Positions 20,653 through 32,319 of a stretch of 64,000 nt of DNA are shown here, in pieces; positions within the stretch are counted from its first letter, which is position 1; each line of letters opens with the position of its first letter. The notes beneath the pieces are model-generated. The model saw only the letters and a program-made list of their open reading frames with translations. It made no database searches and was not told the origin of the DNA. The stretch lies in the NCBI GenBank assembly GCA_019358935.1, contig JAHHIK010000031.1:1-64000 (forward strand), written 5' to 3'. The DNA comes from Tolypothrix carrinoi HA7290-LM1 (GTDB taxonomy: Bacteria > Cyanobacteriota > Cyanobacteriia > Cyanobacteriales > Nostocaceae). The position numbers were made by a program, and so were the translations under genes.

Positions 20653-22632
20653 TCAAGACTCAGCAATTCTATTGGGCAACACGACAGTAAATTTAGTGCC
20701 TGCACCCACATCACTTTCAACAGTAACTTGACCTCTATGTATTTCTACAAGAGTTTTGACAACCGATAAACCCAAACCAGTACCGGGGATACTATCGACA
20801 TTGCTACCGCGATAAAATGCTTCAAATATTTGTTGTCGATCTACTACGGGGATACCAATACCTGCATCTTTAACTTGAAAAATTACTTCTTCATCTTGAC
20901 AGCAAAGTTCAAAAGTAACGATGCCACCATCAGGAGAATACTTTATTGCATTTGATAACAAATTCGTTAAGATATGGTGCAGTAGTTTAGGATCTAAATA
21001 AGCAGTTGAACAGTCACCAGGGCTGATAAAATCAATTGATGTTTGCTTATCAGTTGCTAAGTGCATCTGTGCTGTAATATCACGACAAAACTGTTGTAAG
21101 TCAACTGGTCTAGGGTTACATTCTAACTTTGCAGCTTCTGCTTTACCAAACAACAAAACCTCATCTAACAGTTGGCTGATTTCATGGACAGCAGCTTGAA
21201 TTAAATCAAGATAAGAGCGGGTTTTCTCTTCATTCCATTGATGAAGATGGCGTTTGAGCAAGTCAGAAGAAAACGATACAATATTCAGCGGTGTGCGGAA
21301 TTGATGACACAGCATAGAAACAAAGCGTTCTCTCAGTTCGCTGAGTTTTTTTGCTTGTTCTAAAGCTTGCCGAACTTCTGATTCTGCGTGTTTGTAATCG
21401 GTGATATCAATCGCTGTCACGAATTCGACTGCTTTACCGGAAAAATCAAATAATCCATCCAAAACTTCGACAGTACAAGCTAGCCACCGCTGTGAGCCAC
21501 TTTTGGTGACAATCTGCATTTCTTGGTATTCACACGCAGCCGCACGATCTAGCTTATTGACTTGCCTCAGCTTTTTGCTTTTAATTAATCGGTTAAGGTT
21601 AAAGTTATTGAGCAGTTCTTTTTTAGTATAGCCTGTGAGTGCCTCCGCCGCCTGATTTACGTAGCAAAGCTTTGAGTTTTGAATTAGGAAAACACTAGCA
21701 TCGGTGTTTTCTGCCAAAGTGCGAAATCTCGATTCGTTCAGCTTCAGTGCTTGCTCAGTGCGTTTGAATTCTGTAACGTCCCAAATACTCCAGACTCTGC
21801 CGATAATTTTGTCATTAAGTCGCTGCGGTTCCGAGTAGTGTGCAAAGGTTCTCCCATCTTTCAATTCTAGCAGATCGTACCTTTCGCTCGCGCATTGAAT
21901 TTCCATTTCCCACACGCAATCGCGAAATAGCTGTCTATCTTTAACTTGGCTCTCAAAAAAGCCTTTAGCTCGTTTGCATTTTCTAGATATGGTTATCGAT
22001 TTGGGAAGTTGCCACATATCCGTGAATTTTTGATTGTAGCAAAGAATCTCCCCATCAAAATTTACCGCAAGTATGCCATTAGCAGTAGATTCGAGAGTCG
22101 AACGCAGTAAATTAACAGATGTTTTCAGTTCTTCTTCTTTTTGCTGATATTGGGCAGATACTTCTTGATGTAACTCAATGTTGGCATCTTTGGATTTATC
22201 AGCATACCGCTGCATACTGAACTCTACTATCTCCTGACTGCGATCGCTTGCGATTGCACAAGCAATTCCCTTACCTTGATGTTCTATGTAAGTGAGGGTA
22301 ATCCCCATCAAAAACATCTGCCCTTTCTTTGTGCGGTAACGCGATTTCAAACACAGCGAACCAAGTGATTTTAGCGATCGCCATTGTTGGGACCAAACTT
22401 CTGGCAAGAAATCTACATCGACATCCTGCAACTTCATCCTCAGTAATTCCTCACGGGAATACTCACTAATGCTACAGGTCGCATCGTTTACATAGAGAAA
22501 CTGTGAGTTCTCTTGTACGCAAAAAGCAGCATCTGCAACCTGATTTATCAGCAAGTGAGCCAATTGCAACTCTTGAGGCATTGAAGCCGATTTAGAGTTG
22601 GATGGAACTAACTTGTAATCGCCAAGATTCAT
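20653..22632 (-). CDS. PAS-domain sensor histidine kinase, putative scytonemin regulator
   Basis: PAS repeats, H-box MLCHQFRTPL, NLLSNAIKYS, DAGIG, GTGLGL; divergent from scyA. Confidence 0.9.
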   Translation of the reverse strand: MNLGDYKLVPSNSKSASMPQELQLAHLLINQVADAAFCVQENSQFLYVNDATCSISEYSREELLRMKLQDVDVDFLPEVWSQQWRSLKSLGSLCLKSRYRTKKGQMFLMGITLTYIEHQGKGIACAIASDRSQEIVEFSMQRYADKSKDANIELHQEVSAQYQQKEEELKTSVNLLRSTLESTANGILAVNFDGEILCYNQKFTDMWQLPKSITISRKCKRAKGFFESQVKDRQLFRDCVWEMEIQCASERYDLLELKDGRTFAHYSEPQRLNDKIIGRVWSIWDVTEFKRTEQALKLNESRFRTLAENTDASVFLIQNSKLCYVNQAAEALTGYTKKELLNNFNLNRLIKSKKLRQVNKLDRAAACEYQEMQIVTKSGSQRWLACTVEVLDGLFDFSGKAVEFVTAIDITDYKHAESEVRQALEQAKKLSELRERFVSMLCHQFRTPLNIVSFSSDLLKRHLHQWNEEKTRSYLDLIQAAVHEISQLLDEVLLFGKAEAAKLECNPRPVDLQQFCRDITAQMHLATDKQTSIDFISPGDCSTAYLDPKLLHHILTNLLSNAIKYSPDGGIVTFELCCQDEEVIFQVKDAGIGIPVVDRQQIFEAFYRGSNVDSIPGTGLGLSVVKTLVEIHRGQVTVESDVGAGTKFTVVLPNRIAES

Positions 22633-23618
22633 AGCCCTACTAAGCCTTTTCAATCCGTCTGCACCAATGTCATAAATGGGCTTGCAATCATGAATTGCTC
22701 AAAAATTTATACTTCGGTCTTAAAGGTATTAATTTCTTTAATCCCACTTATTAAATTATCAGAAAACTCATCTTCTTAATACAACTTTACTTAATCTTTA
22801 TAAAACCAAATTTACACCGAGAAAACAACAAATAAAAACGACGATAAACGGCTCGTTTAAACAATAGAAAGAGAAAATAAAACAATTTCTATTATTAACA
22901 CTGACCGTTACCTTTTTTTGCTTCAAAATGTCAAGAAATTCGTGAATTTACCCAAGTCCTGATGCCAATCCTGACTCATAAATTTAATTTATCTTAACTT
23001 CCTCCTTTATAAACTTTACTACAATACCACATATTTGCCACCCGTCATCAGAAATACATTATTAAGTAAGCAATATACGTAATTTTAATCATCCACCAAA
23101 AGGTAGACACTCTATGAAATATTAATGTGTTCAACAACACAAAAATCTGAGGTAAAAGTTATTTGCCCAAAACAGAGCTACAAAGAACAAATGATTTTTT
23201 GTTCACTTTGCCTCAAAAAAAATTGTAATTTTTAATACTTATATTTTAGTTATTCAAGGGGATTGCTATCTCATTCAACTATCGTAAGGAATAGATTTGT
23301 AAGCTATGCAGAATGAGCATTGCAGGTATTGCTAAACAGCAAAAGAAATGACAAGGCGATCAAAAGATTATTCATTGTAAATACTTCTAAATCTCCCGTA
23401 GGCTTGTTTCCAGAAGCACAGCAGAAAGGTTTAGTACTAACTATCTATATACTTTTGCGATATTTAAGTGTTCCTACTGTCAACCAAGCCAGGTCAAAAG
23501 TTACAAGAAAAACTCAGTTTTTCGTTTTCTGCATTCCCGAAAAAATGAGCGCCAGGGCAGGTTGAGTAAGCTACAGAGATTCTTATGCCAGCAATTTTCT
23601 AGAAATTACGTAAAAGCA

Positions 23619-25421
23619 ATGACTCAAAAATATACCGCATCTACAAGACAAATCACCGCAGAACCGTACAAGCTAGACGGTTATCTAGAATCAGGCAAAA
23701 ACTCCAAATCGCTGAGAGTTGCGGATGCGATCGCCGAAATGTTAGAGAACTTGGGAGTAGGCTGCGCCTATGGTGTCGCCGGGGGAGCGATGGCAAGCCT
23801 TTGGGGTGCGCTATCAAATAGTACCATGCAGGTGCTGAACTTTCGCCATGAAGCCGGAGCCGCCTTTGCTGCCACTGAAGCGTATTTTGCTACTGGTAGT
23901 CCGAGCGTAGTTTTCACCACCGCAGGACCGGGAATGACCAATGCCCTCACAGGCTTATTTGCGGCTCGTGGAGAAGGCGCAAAAGTGATTTTGTTATCAG
24001 CTTGCACCTCAGCAGCGAATCGCGGACGCTGGGGGATTCAGGAAACCAGCACCGACACATTGCCGAGTAGCGGCATATTCACTTCCGGAGCGCTGTTCAA
24101 CTATGCTGTCACGATAGAATCTGCGGATCAACTTCCGCAGATTTTTCGGAGAATTGCTCTTGGGTTAGCACAACCAGGCGGATTTGTGGCGCATTTGAGC
24201 ATTCCCACACGTCTACAGACAAGCTTAGTTGATGAAACAACGTTGCCCGATTTAGGAGTTGGTTCTTTATCGGTAGCGGCATCAGAAGAGGCGATCGCCA
24301 AATCTGTAGAATTACTATCCCAAGGACCCTTTGCCATCTGGGTTGGATTCGGTGCGCGAAATGCAGCCGAAGAAATCCGCCAGCTTGCAGAAAGAACAGG
24401 TGCAGCAGTTATGTGTTCACCTCGCGGTAAAGGCATCTTTCCTGAAGATCATCCGCAGTTTGTCGGAGTCACAGGTTTAGGTGGTCATGGTTCTGTCATG
24501 ACATACATGCAATCTGCAACTCCCTTACGCACTTTAGTCTTAGGAACACGCTTAGGTGAACCAACCTCGTTTTGGAGTCCGGTAATGGTTCCCCCAGGTG
24601 GCTTCGTGCATGTAGACATTGATCCACAAGTACCAGGAGTAGCTTACGCATCTGCCAAAACCTACCCCGTGCAGGCTGACATCAAAGCCTTTGTCCAAGC
24701 ACTGCTGAAGCACATGCCAGAGAATACCGCGTCTGCGATTTCCTTACCCAACCCCGAACAAGAATTAATTGAAGCGGGTGCCCCAGATACTCCAGTGCGA
24801 CCAGAAGTATTGATGGCAGCAATTCAAAAAGTCATCGTCGAAGGTAGCGATGCCGTAGTCATGGCAGAGTGCGGTAACTCGTTTACCTGGTCAACTCATT
24901 TCCTGAGATTTTCCGAAACTAATCGTTACCGAGTTAGCACCGGAGTTGGGGCAATGGGTCACGCCGCTACCGGAGTTGTCGGAGCCGCCCAAGCCCGGAA
25001 TGGTAAAGCCGTAGCGATTGTTGGCGATGGAGCAATGTTGATGAATAACGAAATCAGCACCGCCGTCAAATACCAAATTCCCGCAATCTGGATTGTGCTT
25101 AACGATGCACGTTACAACATGTGCCATCAAGGAATGAAAATGTTAGGACTCACAGGAGCAGATGCATCAATTCCCCCCACAGACTTTGTGATGATTGCTA
25201 GAGGAATGGGAGCAGAAGGAATCAGAGTCCTGAAAGAATCTGATGTAGAGGCAGCGTTAGAACAAGCGATCGCATCAGTTGTTCCCTTCGTTATCGATGT
25301 CATCATTGACCCGAATCGAGCCGCACCATCCAAAGGTCGCAATCAAAGTTTAGCCGCACAAGGAGTCAAAGCAACTCCTGCCAAAAATTCCGCAGTGCAA
25401 ATTTCATTTCCAAATATCTAA
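23619..25421 (+). CDS. scyA: Scytonemin biosynthesis ThDP-dependent acyloin synthase
   Basis: Acetolactate-synthase fold: [29 protein letters not shown]...NDARYNM. First gene of the cluster. Confidence 0.92.
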   Translation: MTQKYTASTRQITAEPYKLDGYLESGKNSKSLRVADAIAEMLENLGVGCAYGVAGGAMASLWGALSNSTMQVLNFRHEAGAAFAATEAYFATGSPSVVFTTAGPGMTNALTGLFAARGEGAKVILLSACTSAANRGRWGIQETSTDTLPSSGIFTSGALFNYAVTIESADQLPQIFRRIALGLAQPGGFVAHLSIPTRLQTSLVDETTLPDLGVGSLSVAASEEAIAKSVELLSQGPFAIWVGFGARNAAEEIRQLAERTGAAVMCSPRGKGIFPEDHPQFVGVTGLGGHGSVMTYMQSATPLRTLVLGTRLGEPTSFWSPVMVPPGGFVHVDIDPQVPGVAYASAKTYPVQADIKAFVQALLKHMPENTASAISLPNPEQELIEAGAPDTPVRPEVLMAAIQKVIVEGSDAVVMAECGNSFTWSTHFLRFSETNRYRVSTGVGAMGHAATGVVGAAQARNGKAVAIVGDGAMLMNNEISTAVKYQIPAIWIVLNDARYNMCHQGMKMLGLTGADASIPPTDFVMIARGMGAEGIRVLKESDVEAALEQAIASVVPFVIDVIIDPNRAAPSKGRNQSLAAQGVKATPAKNSAVQISFPNI

Positions 25422-25424
25422 TAG

Positions 25425-25658
25425 CTAATGGGTAATGGGGAATGGGTAATGGGTAATGGGGAATGGGTAATGGGTAATGGGGAATGGGTAATGGGTAATG
25501 GGTAATGGGGAAAGGAAAAGAATTATTACCGATGCCCAATGCCCAATGCCCAATTCCCAATTCCCAATTCCCAATGCCCAATGCCCAATTCCCAATTCCC
25601 AATTCCCAATTCCCAATTCCCAATTCCCAATTCCCAATTACCTTTTTCCCAATTACCA
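25425..25658. repeat. Inverted STRR arrays (GGTAATG/GGGAATG)n and (CCCAATT/CCCAATG)n
   Basis: Directly visible between scyA and scyB. Confidence 0.9.
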
Positions 25659-25673
25659 AAAGTGGAGTGTAGG

Positions 25674-26741
25674 GTGAACCTTTTTGACACAGTACAAGAA
25701 ATGGGTCACGAGCAAGTATTATTTTGTCATGGCAAAGACCCAGATATCAAAGCAATAATTGCCATCCATGACACCAGCTTAGGACCCGCAATGGGGGCAA
25801 CCCGAATGTTGCCTTATCTCAACGAAGAAGCAGCTTTAAAAGATGCCCTTCGTTTAAGTCGTGGTATGACTTATAAAGCAGCTTGTGCCAACATTCCCGT
25901 TGGTGGAGGCAAAGCAGTTATTATTGCTGATCCCGCACATAAAACCGAAGAATTATTTAGAGCTTACGGACGTTTTGTAGACAGACTGCAAGGACGTTTT
26001 ATCACCGGGCAAGACGTGAATCTTACCCCAGAAAATGTCAGAACAATTAGTAAAGAAACTAATTATGTAGTCGGTGTAGAAGAAAAATCTGGCGGACCTG
26101 CTCCCATCACCGCAAAAGGTGTATTTTTAGGCATAGAAGCTGCGGTTAAGTTTCGTTTACAAAGCGAAAATTTAGAAGGGCTGAAAGTCGCGGTTCAAGG
26201 TTTGGGCAACGTCGGCAGAAATGTTTGCCAACTTTTGCACGAAAGCGGTGCAGAGCTTTTTGTCACTGATATCAGTCAAGAAAAAGCAGAAGAAGTAAAA
26301 CGCAGTTTAGGTGCAACTGTTGTCGCTCCAGAGGAAATTTACTCTCTGGATGTCGATGTATTTTCTCCTTGTGCATTAGGTGGAATTCTTAACAGTCAAA
26401 CGCTTCATAATATGCGTGCCTCGATTATTGCCGGTTGTGCCAATAATCAGCTAGCGCAAGAAGAAATCCACGGTCAGATGATTACAGAAAAAGGAATTCT
26501 TTATTGTCCTGATTACGTCATCAATGCCGGAGGACTTATCAACGTTTATAACGAAATGATTGGTTATAACGAAGAAAAAGCCTTTCAGCAATTGCACAAC
26601 ATTTACGACACACTACTTGAGATTTTCGCACGAGCAAAACAGCAAGAAATCACCACCAACGAAGCTTCCAAGCAGTTGGCAGAAGAACGAATCAGCAACG
26701 CGAGAAAAATTAAGAATAAGGAAATGCTTGTTAGTCGTTAG
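25674..26741 (+). CDS. scyB: Tryptophan dehydrogenase (Glu/Leu/Phe/Val dehydrogenase family)
   Basis: GTG start after [52 protein letters not shown]. Confidence 0.93.
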   Translation: MNLFDTVQEMGHEQVLFCHGKDPDIKAIIAIHDTSLGPAMGATRMLPYLNEEAALKDALRLSRGMTYKAACANIPVGGGKAVIIADPAHKTEELFRAYGRFVDRLQGRFITGQDVNLTPENVRTISKETNYVVGVEEKSGGPAPITAKGVFLGIEAAVKFRLQSENLEGLKVAVQGLGNVGRNVCQLLHESGAELFVTDISQEKAEEVKRSLGATVVAPEEIYSLDVDVFSPCALGGILNSQTLHNMRASIIAGCANNQLAQEEIHGQMITEKGILYCPDYVINAGGLINVYNEMIGYNEEKAFQQLHNIYDTLLEIFARAKQQEITTNEASKQLAEERISNARKIKNKEMLVSR

Positions 26742-27030
26742 TTGAGAGTTGATAGTTGTTAGTTGAGAGTTGATAGTTGTTAGTTGAGAGTTGATAGTTG
26801 ATAGTTGATAGTTGATATTTGAGAGTTGTTATTTGTTAGTTGAGAGTTGTTATTTGTTAGTTGGAGTATTTAATTACTAACCACTAACTACTAACTACTA
26901 ACCACCAACCACCAACCACCAACCACCAACCACTAACCACCAACCACCAACCACTAACCACCAACTACTAACCACTAACCACTAACCACTAACCACCAAC
27001 CACTAACCACTAACCACTAACTACTAACAT
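26735..27030. repeat. Inverted STRR arrays (GTTGATA/GTTGAGA)n and (CCACTAA/CCACCAA)n
   Basis: Directly visible between scyB and scyC. Confidence 0.9.
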
Positions 27031-27046
27031 CTTAAAGGAGTGCCCA

Positions 27047-27997
27047 GTGGAAAAAAATACCTTTGCTACATCCGCTTATATTGCAACTTCACCAGAGAAT
27101 GCTTACGAGTACCTTTGCAGTCTAAAAAACTTAGACGAGTGGACACTTTATAGCCGGATGGCAGAGCAAATGGACGAAGATACCTGGCGCGGAAGTGCCT
27201 CAGGTTATCATAGAGACCTCTACTATCACGTTAAAAAATTACAGCACTCGCAGCTTCAAGGTATTGAGTGGCATTGCGGACTTGAGTATCAGAAATATTT
27301 TCAAGTTTATCCGGTTCTGCTTTTCCCTAGCGATTACATTGAGCCAGGAACAGATGAAAAGGGTGTGTATTTTCACTGGTTAAGTTTTGTCGATCCAAAG
27401 CGACAAACTCAGATGATTATGCAGGGAATTCATACTGTACATACTTCTGAATGTCGTTCGCTCAAAGCTAACTTGGAACGCAAAGCTGGTCTGACATCAG
27501 CTGAAAAAGGGCGTTACTTTATTGATACTGACACCATTTATGTTGATGCTCCCATAGAAGTAGGAGTCGCGTATTTGTCAGATTTGAGAAACATGAACGA
27601 CTGGGCACATTTAGTGCGAGCAGATGGCGAAATTTCTGCTTCATCGGGTGAGTATCGCGATGAATACGGTCATAAAGTAAAAGTTTCGCTGCGGGTAGAA
27701 CCTGTTAGCAAATGGTATTTGGTAGAGCATGAATTCTTTTATCCTGAGCAAGGATTTTATCAACGCTGTCCGAGCATGTTGATACCAGCTTCTTATGCTT
27801 TCGGCGATCCAGAAGCTCCTGGTTTCATTTTGCACCGAATCACATTTTGGAAACATGGTGAACAACTACCATTAGGCAAACTTCAAATTGAAGACTTTGG
27901 TGCTGAGAACATGAACATCAAACGTTTGACAGAAGCCAAAGCCGGCAATCTACAATCGTTTGACCGTGGTATGAGCTACGCACCGCAGAGTAAGTAG
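27047..27997 (+). CDS. scyC: Scytonemin biosynthesis cyclase/decarboxylase
   Basis: MEKNTFATSAYIATSPE...NLDEWTLYSRM; AAGGAG RBS; position after scyB. Confidence 0.9.
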   Translation: MEKNTFATSAYIATSPENAYEYLCSLKNLDEWTLYSRMAEQMDEDTWRGSASGYHRDLYYHVKKLQHSQLQGIEWHCGLEYQKYFQVYPVLLFPSDYIEPGTDEKGVYFHWLSFVDPKRQTQMIMQGIHTVHTSECRSLKANLERKAGLTSAEKGRYFIDTDTIYVDAPIEVGVAYLSDLRNMNDWAHLVRADGEISASSGEYRDEYGHKVKVSLRVEPVSKWYLVEHEFFYPEQGFYQRCPSMLIPASYAFGDPEAPGFILHRITFWKHGEQLPLGKLQIEDFGAENMNIKRLTEAKAGNLQSFDRGMSYAPQSK

Positions 27998-28132
27998 TTA
28001 GGAGACAGGAGACAAGGGGACAAGGAGACAAGGAGACAAGGGGGACAAGGGAGACAGGGGGACAAGGGGGAATTTTAACTCCTAACTCTCCACTCCCTAC
28101 TCCTGAATTATTAGATTGGAAAATTTTTATTT

Positions 28133-29314
28133 ATGCAACTGAAGGAACATACTATTACGTCGTTTGCAGTAATTGCCGACGGTCTTGATAATCCTAAAGG
28201 TCTGAGCTTTAGTCCCGACGGTAGTCTTTATATTGCTTTATCCGGAATTGGGGGAGATGGCAAGAGTGTTCCATCACCCAGCGGTCAAGGTAATTTATGT
28301 TATGGCACGAGTGGTGCGATCGCCAAAATTGAAAATGGCATCGTCAAACGTGTACTGACAGGATTACCTTCTGTCGCATTTGCCGATGGAACTGGGGCAG
28401 CCGGTCCTCACGATATAAAATTTGATGCTCAAGGCAAGGCTTATGTTCTGATTGGCTATGCTGCTAATCCAGCTTTACGCGATCGCGCATTAGGCAATAC
28501 TGACCTGGGTAAAATTATCACTGCCGACTTTAGTACAAATACTTGGACTAGTACTGCCGATCTAGCCAATTATGAACTTATCAACAAGTCTGAATCAAGT
28601 TCATGTGAAGTCGTCAGTAACCCCTTGTCTTTTTACATAGACGGAGATACTATTGTATTAGTTGATGCAGGGGCGAACAACGTCCTCAGTGGAAATATTG
28701 ATGGCAGCGGTCTGAAGGTAATTGCTGCAATTCCCAACCAGATATTAACTAATCCAATCTTCCCCGGTTCTAACTCGCAAAATTTTGACCGGGGACACGT
28801 ACCACCAGCTAGTGCTTATCGTCAGGCACCACCATCGGAGATAGCAATTCAATCAGTACCTACAGATATTGTTAAAGGTTCTGACGGTGCTTATTACGTC
28901 AGCGAATTTACTGGTTTTCCCTTTCCAGAAGGTCAAGCAAAAATATACAGAATTGATGCTGACGGACTAACAGTCTACGCAGATGGCTTTACCCAACTGA
29001 TTGACTTAGCTTTTGATACTGAAGGCAACTTGTATGCATTGCAGCATATGAATGCCTCAGGTTGGAAAGGAAAACCAGAAGGATCTCTGATCAAAATAGC
29101 GACCGATGGTACTCGCACGACTTTAGTCAGTGGTAATGGATTAGAGTCACCCGCAGCCTTCACCATTGGTCCAGATAACGCCTTTTATGTCATCAACCGA
29201 GGCGGTCGTCCAGGACAAGGACAAGTAATCAGAATTGAGAATACATCCGTGCCTGAACCCGCTTCTGCTTTAGGCAAGGGCAAAGCGTTGGTGGATATCT
29301 TGACCAACAGCTAA
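28133..29314 (+). CDS. scyD: ScyD/ScyE-family beta-propeller protein (no evident signal peptide, degenerate PEP-CTERM)
   Basis: Paralogue of the next gene (GLDNPKG, GAAGPHD, QSVPT, GFTQL); ends VPEPASALGKGK... Confidence 0.85.
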   Translation: MQLKEHTITSFAVIADGLDNPKGLSFSPDGSLYIALSGIGGDGKSVPSPSGQGNLCYGTSGAIAKIENGIVKRVLTGLPSVAFADGTGAAGPHDIKFDAQGKAYVLIGYAANPALRDRALGNTDLGKIITADFSTNTWTSTADLANYELINKSESSSCEVVSNPLSFYIDGDTIVLVDAGANNVLSGNIDGSGLKVIAAIPNQILTNPIFPGSNSQNFDRGHVPPASAYRQAPPSEIAIQSVPTDIVKGSDGAYYVSEFTGFPFPEGQAKIYRIDADGLTVYADGFTQLIDLAFDTEGNLYALQHMNASGWKGKPEGSLIKIATDGTRTTLVSGNGLESPAAFTIGPDNAFYVINRGGRPGQGQVIRIENTSVPEPASALGKGKALVDILTNS

Positions 29315-29450
29315 AAAGTTTCACTTTCAAGCGATCGCCTCTCCATAAAGAGGGGCTATCTCAGGGAATGCTTGATTTCCCCCAGTAACTGGGAATCGTT
29401 GTCTAAATAACTATCAAACTTTCCACAACTAACAACTCTCACTTTTGTTT

Positions 29451-30821
29451 ATGAAACTCAAGTCATTTGCCCTTACACTTTTAACCGCTAGTATTGCCAC
29501 TGTCGCTGTAAACCAAGCAGCACAAGCCGCATCGTTTTCGGTAGTTACCGACTATCTTGATAACCCCCGGAATATGGACTTCGATAAGGACGGCAATATT
29601 TATCTGACACTGAGCGGTCGTGGAGGCGACGGAAACGACGGAAGATGTATTGCATCACCTAGCGCCCAATATATTCCTTTATGTGCTGCTGAGAATGGTG
29701 GCGTTATCAAAATTGCTAAGGACGGTACAAAAACAAATGTACTTTCAAATCTCACCTCTCTGGCATTAGTACCCTCTGGCGAACAAGCTGCTGGTCCTGC
29801 GGACTTCAAATTTGATGACAAAGGCAACGCTTATCTTTTGACCGGTCTTGCTGGCGATCCAAACAAACGCGAAGACCCATTGAAATCTCCTTCACTCGGA
29901 AAATTATACAAAGTAGACTTAGGCACCGGTTCACTGACAAGTATTGCCGATTTTGCTGACTATGAAGCAAAATATAATCCCGATGGCACTGATTTAATTA
30001 ACAACCCCTATGCCTTCGCAATTAAGGGTGATACTGCTTACGTCGTTGATGGCGGTGGAAATACTGTATATTCTGTCGGACTTGATGGCAGCGGTATTAA
30101 AAACGTAGTTGCGGCTCCTCAGAAACTAATAGATCCAAATAAACTAGAATTCCCAACTCTTCCTGAAGGGACAGTAGACCCAACAGGAGGCGCAGAACTA
30201 CCTCCTGGTTATACACAAGCTCCCAACGGTCTTCCGGTATCGAACCAATCAATACCGACAGGTATCGTAGTTGCTCCAGATGGCACTTTAACACTCAGCG
30301 AATACACTTACTTTCCTTATCCAGAAAAAGAAGCACGTATCCTGTCAGTTAACCCTGATGATTTGTCAATCAAAACCATCTATGATGGCTTTACGCAGTT
30401 GACTGGTGTAGCATACGACCCTGAGGGCAATTTGTATGCGTTGCAACACATAAATCAGTCAGAATGGAAGGCAATTCAACAGGGTGGTGTGATCACTGGT
30501 GATATTGGCGGTTCTATCATCAAAATAGCCAAAGATGGTACTCGCGAAACTATCTGGAGTGGTAATGGACTAGAGGCGGCTTCAGGATTATTTTACAATG
30601 ATGGCGCTTTATATACCTCAAACCGTACCAGACTCGTAGCAGGGGAACGAGGAGGACAACTCGTCAAGATTGATCTAAAAGCTACGAAGAAAGTACCCGA
30701 ACCAAGTGCTGGTGCAGGTCTATTAGCTGTTGCTACTTTAAGTGCAACCGCTGCAATGGGCAAACGCAAACGCCAACAAAAAGTCTCAGAAGAGTTGCTA
30801 ACTAAGGTAGAAATTCTCTAA
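29451..30821 (+). CDS. scyE: ScyD/ScyE-family protein with signal peptide and PEP-CTERM
   Basis: MKLKSFALTLL...AQA|A signal; C-terminal VPEPSAGAGLLAVATL...KRKRQQK. Confidence 0.88.
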   Translation: MKLKSFALTLLTASIATVAVNQAAQAASFSVVTDYLDNPRNMDFDKDGNIYLTLSGRGGDGNDGRCIASPSAQYIPLCAAENGGVIKIAKDGTKTNVLSNLTSLALVPSGEQAAGPADFKFDDKGNAYLLTGLAGDPNKREDPLKSPSLGKLYKVDLGTGSLTSIADFADYEAKYNPDGTDLINNPYAFAIKGDTAYVVDGGGNTVYSVGLDGSGIKNVVAAPQKLIDPNKLEFPTLPEGTVDPTGGAELPPGYTQAPNGLPVSNQSIPTGIVVAPDGTLTLSEYTYFPYPEKEARILSVNPDDLSIKTIYDGFTQLTGVAYDPEGNLYALQHINQSEWKAIQQGGVITGDIGGSIIKIAKDGTRETIWSGNGLEAASGLFYNDGALYTSNRTRLVAGERGGQLVKIDLKATKKVPEPSAGAGLLAVATLSATAAMGKRKRQQKVSEELLTKVEIL

Positions 30822-30965
30822 TTCCTCATTTCCTGGCTGTGCCAAGGAATGCTCAAGAAATAAGCTGCTGTATTAAAAAGCAGCAGCTCGAATTCAACGT
30901 TCTCAGGCTAAACCTGAAAACAAAAACTCAGACAAGAGTATACCTCATACAACAGAGATTTCACT

Positions 30966-32153
30966 ATGGGATTAGTCAAAAATTTATCATTTGCCTTAGT
31001 CGGTGCGGGATTTGCAGTTGTAGCAACAGCTACTCAAGCTTTCTCCTTAAGCTTGAAATACGACAGTTCTATTGGTGAACCTGGTTTCGGTCCTGGGAAA
31101 CTCTTTGTTCCCCAAGGCGTAATTAAGGATGACGCAACCGGGAACGTCCTCGTAAGTAACGGTCGTGGTGTTAACCCAGACGGCAGTTTTAACCCAGATC
31201 TCGGTAACAAAGTCGAAATATTCAGCTCTCAGGGTAACTATCTTGGGTCAATTGGCAGTGGTAGGCAGGGAGCAGGAGAGGGGTTCGACGAGCCAGGAGA
31301 CCTAAAAATCAGCCCTGTGAATGGAAACTTGTATGTGGCTGATGTCTTCAACAGCGAAATCGATGTATTTGATCCCCAAGGTAACTATCTTAAATCCTTC
31401 GGCAAATTTGGCGGTCCTGTAGAAGGTAGGATATTCTTTGGACCTGGCGGTCTGTCATTTGATAAGAGTGGCAATTTGTATGTGACTGATTTTAGCGAGG
31501 ACACCATTAAGGTATATACCGGAGATGGTGAGCTAACCAAAACCATTGGTAGCTCTGGTACCGGACTCGGACAGTTTCAAGGACCCGCAGGTCTAAGCGT
31601 ATCCCCAAACACTGGGAATATTTACGTAAACGACCAGTACAACTACCGCGTTCAGGCTTTCGATCCTCAAGGTAACGCTCTGTATACCTTTGGCTCTCGT
31701 GGCTCGGAACTTGGGCAGTTAAGAGAGGGAATCGGCTTAGAAGTGGACGAATACGAGAATCTCTATGTAGCTGATTCTCAAAACAACCGCGTCCAGGTAT
31801 TCGATAAAAACGGTAAGTTCCTGACTGCCTTTGGTGAACCAGTTGCCAACCCAGGACCACCCGCCCCAGGAGAGCTACCCTTTGCCACCGATCCCGCTGA
31901 CCTCGCACCAGGCAAGTTTAACTGGACTGCTGGCGCACACTACGACGATGGCAAGCTGTATGTCGGTGATTTCTTCACTGGTCGCATCCAGGTGTTAAGA
32001 GTAGAAGGTCAAAGCAAAAAAGTGCCTGAACCTAGCACAGCATTAGCTCTAGGCTTGTTGGGAATTGGTGCTACTGTTGTCAAATTGAAGAAAGATAAGC
32101 GCCAAAGAACAATCATCAGTTTAGAGAAGCAACTGCAAAAGACTACAGTTTAG
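30966..32153 (+). CDS. scyF: NHL-repeat PEP-CTERM protein
   Basis: Signal peptide, NHL repeats (LYVADSQNNRVQVFD), VPEPSTALALGLLGIG...KKDKR. Confidence 0.9.
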   Translation: MGLVKNLSFALVGAGFAVVATATQAFSLSLKYDSSIGEPGFGPGKLFVPQGVIKDDATGNVLVSNGRGVNPDGSFNPDLGNKVEIFSSQGNYLGSIGSGRQGAGEGFDEPGDLKISPVNGNLYVADVFNSEIDVFDPQGNYLKSFGKFGGPVEGRIFFGPGGLSFDKSGNLYVTDFSEDTIKVYTGDGELTKTIGSSGTGLGQFQGPAGLSVSPNTGNIYVNDQYNYRVQAFDPQGNALYTFGSRGSELGQLREGIGLEVDEYENLYVADSQNNRVQVFDKNGKFLTAFGEPVANPGPPAPGELPFATDPADLAPGKFNWTAGAHYDDGKLYVGDFFTGRIQVLRVEGQSKKVPEPSTALALGLLGIGATVVKLKKDKRQRTIISLEKQLQKTTV

Positions 32154-32162
32154 CCTCGTACC

Positions 32163-32277
32163 CTCGTTACCAGGTTCAACCTGGTAACGCAGTCAAAGGA
32201 GGGCTGCTGCCTCCCGATACATATCCGTGAGGCAGCAGCCCACATGATTGCATTTTCTGTCAGAGACTCTTAACGAG
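32163..32277. repeat. Palindromic dispersed repeat
   Basis: CGTTACCAGGTTCAACCTGGTAACG and GGGCTGCTGCCTC..GAGGCAGCAGCCC hairpins bounded by CTCGTTA/TAACGAG. Confidence 0.65.
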
Positions 32278-32319
32278 AAAATAGGGAACGAGAATACCTC
32301 TAAAATTGTTATAAATGTT

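Noticed and set aside
23320..23565. 81-aa ORF or riboswitch upstream of scyA
   Set aside because: TTG start, no recognisable protein features, and no riboswitch consensus that I can identify by eye.
25366..25673. ORFs and N-terminal extensions made of WELGIG/PIPNSQ-type peptides (also near 19280, 32938, 46353-46540, 48377, 50677)
   Set aside because: These are translations of heptamer repeat arrays; homology and plausible starts begin downstream.
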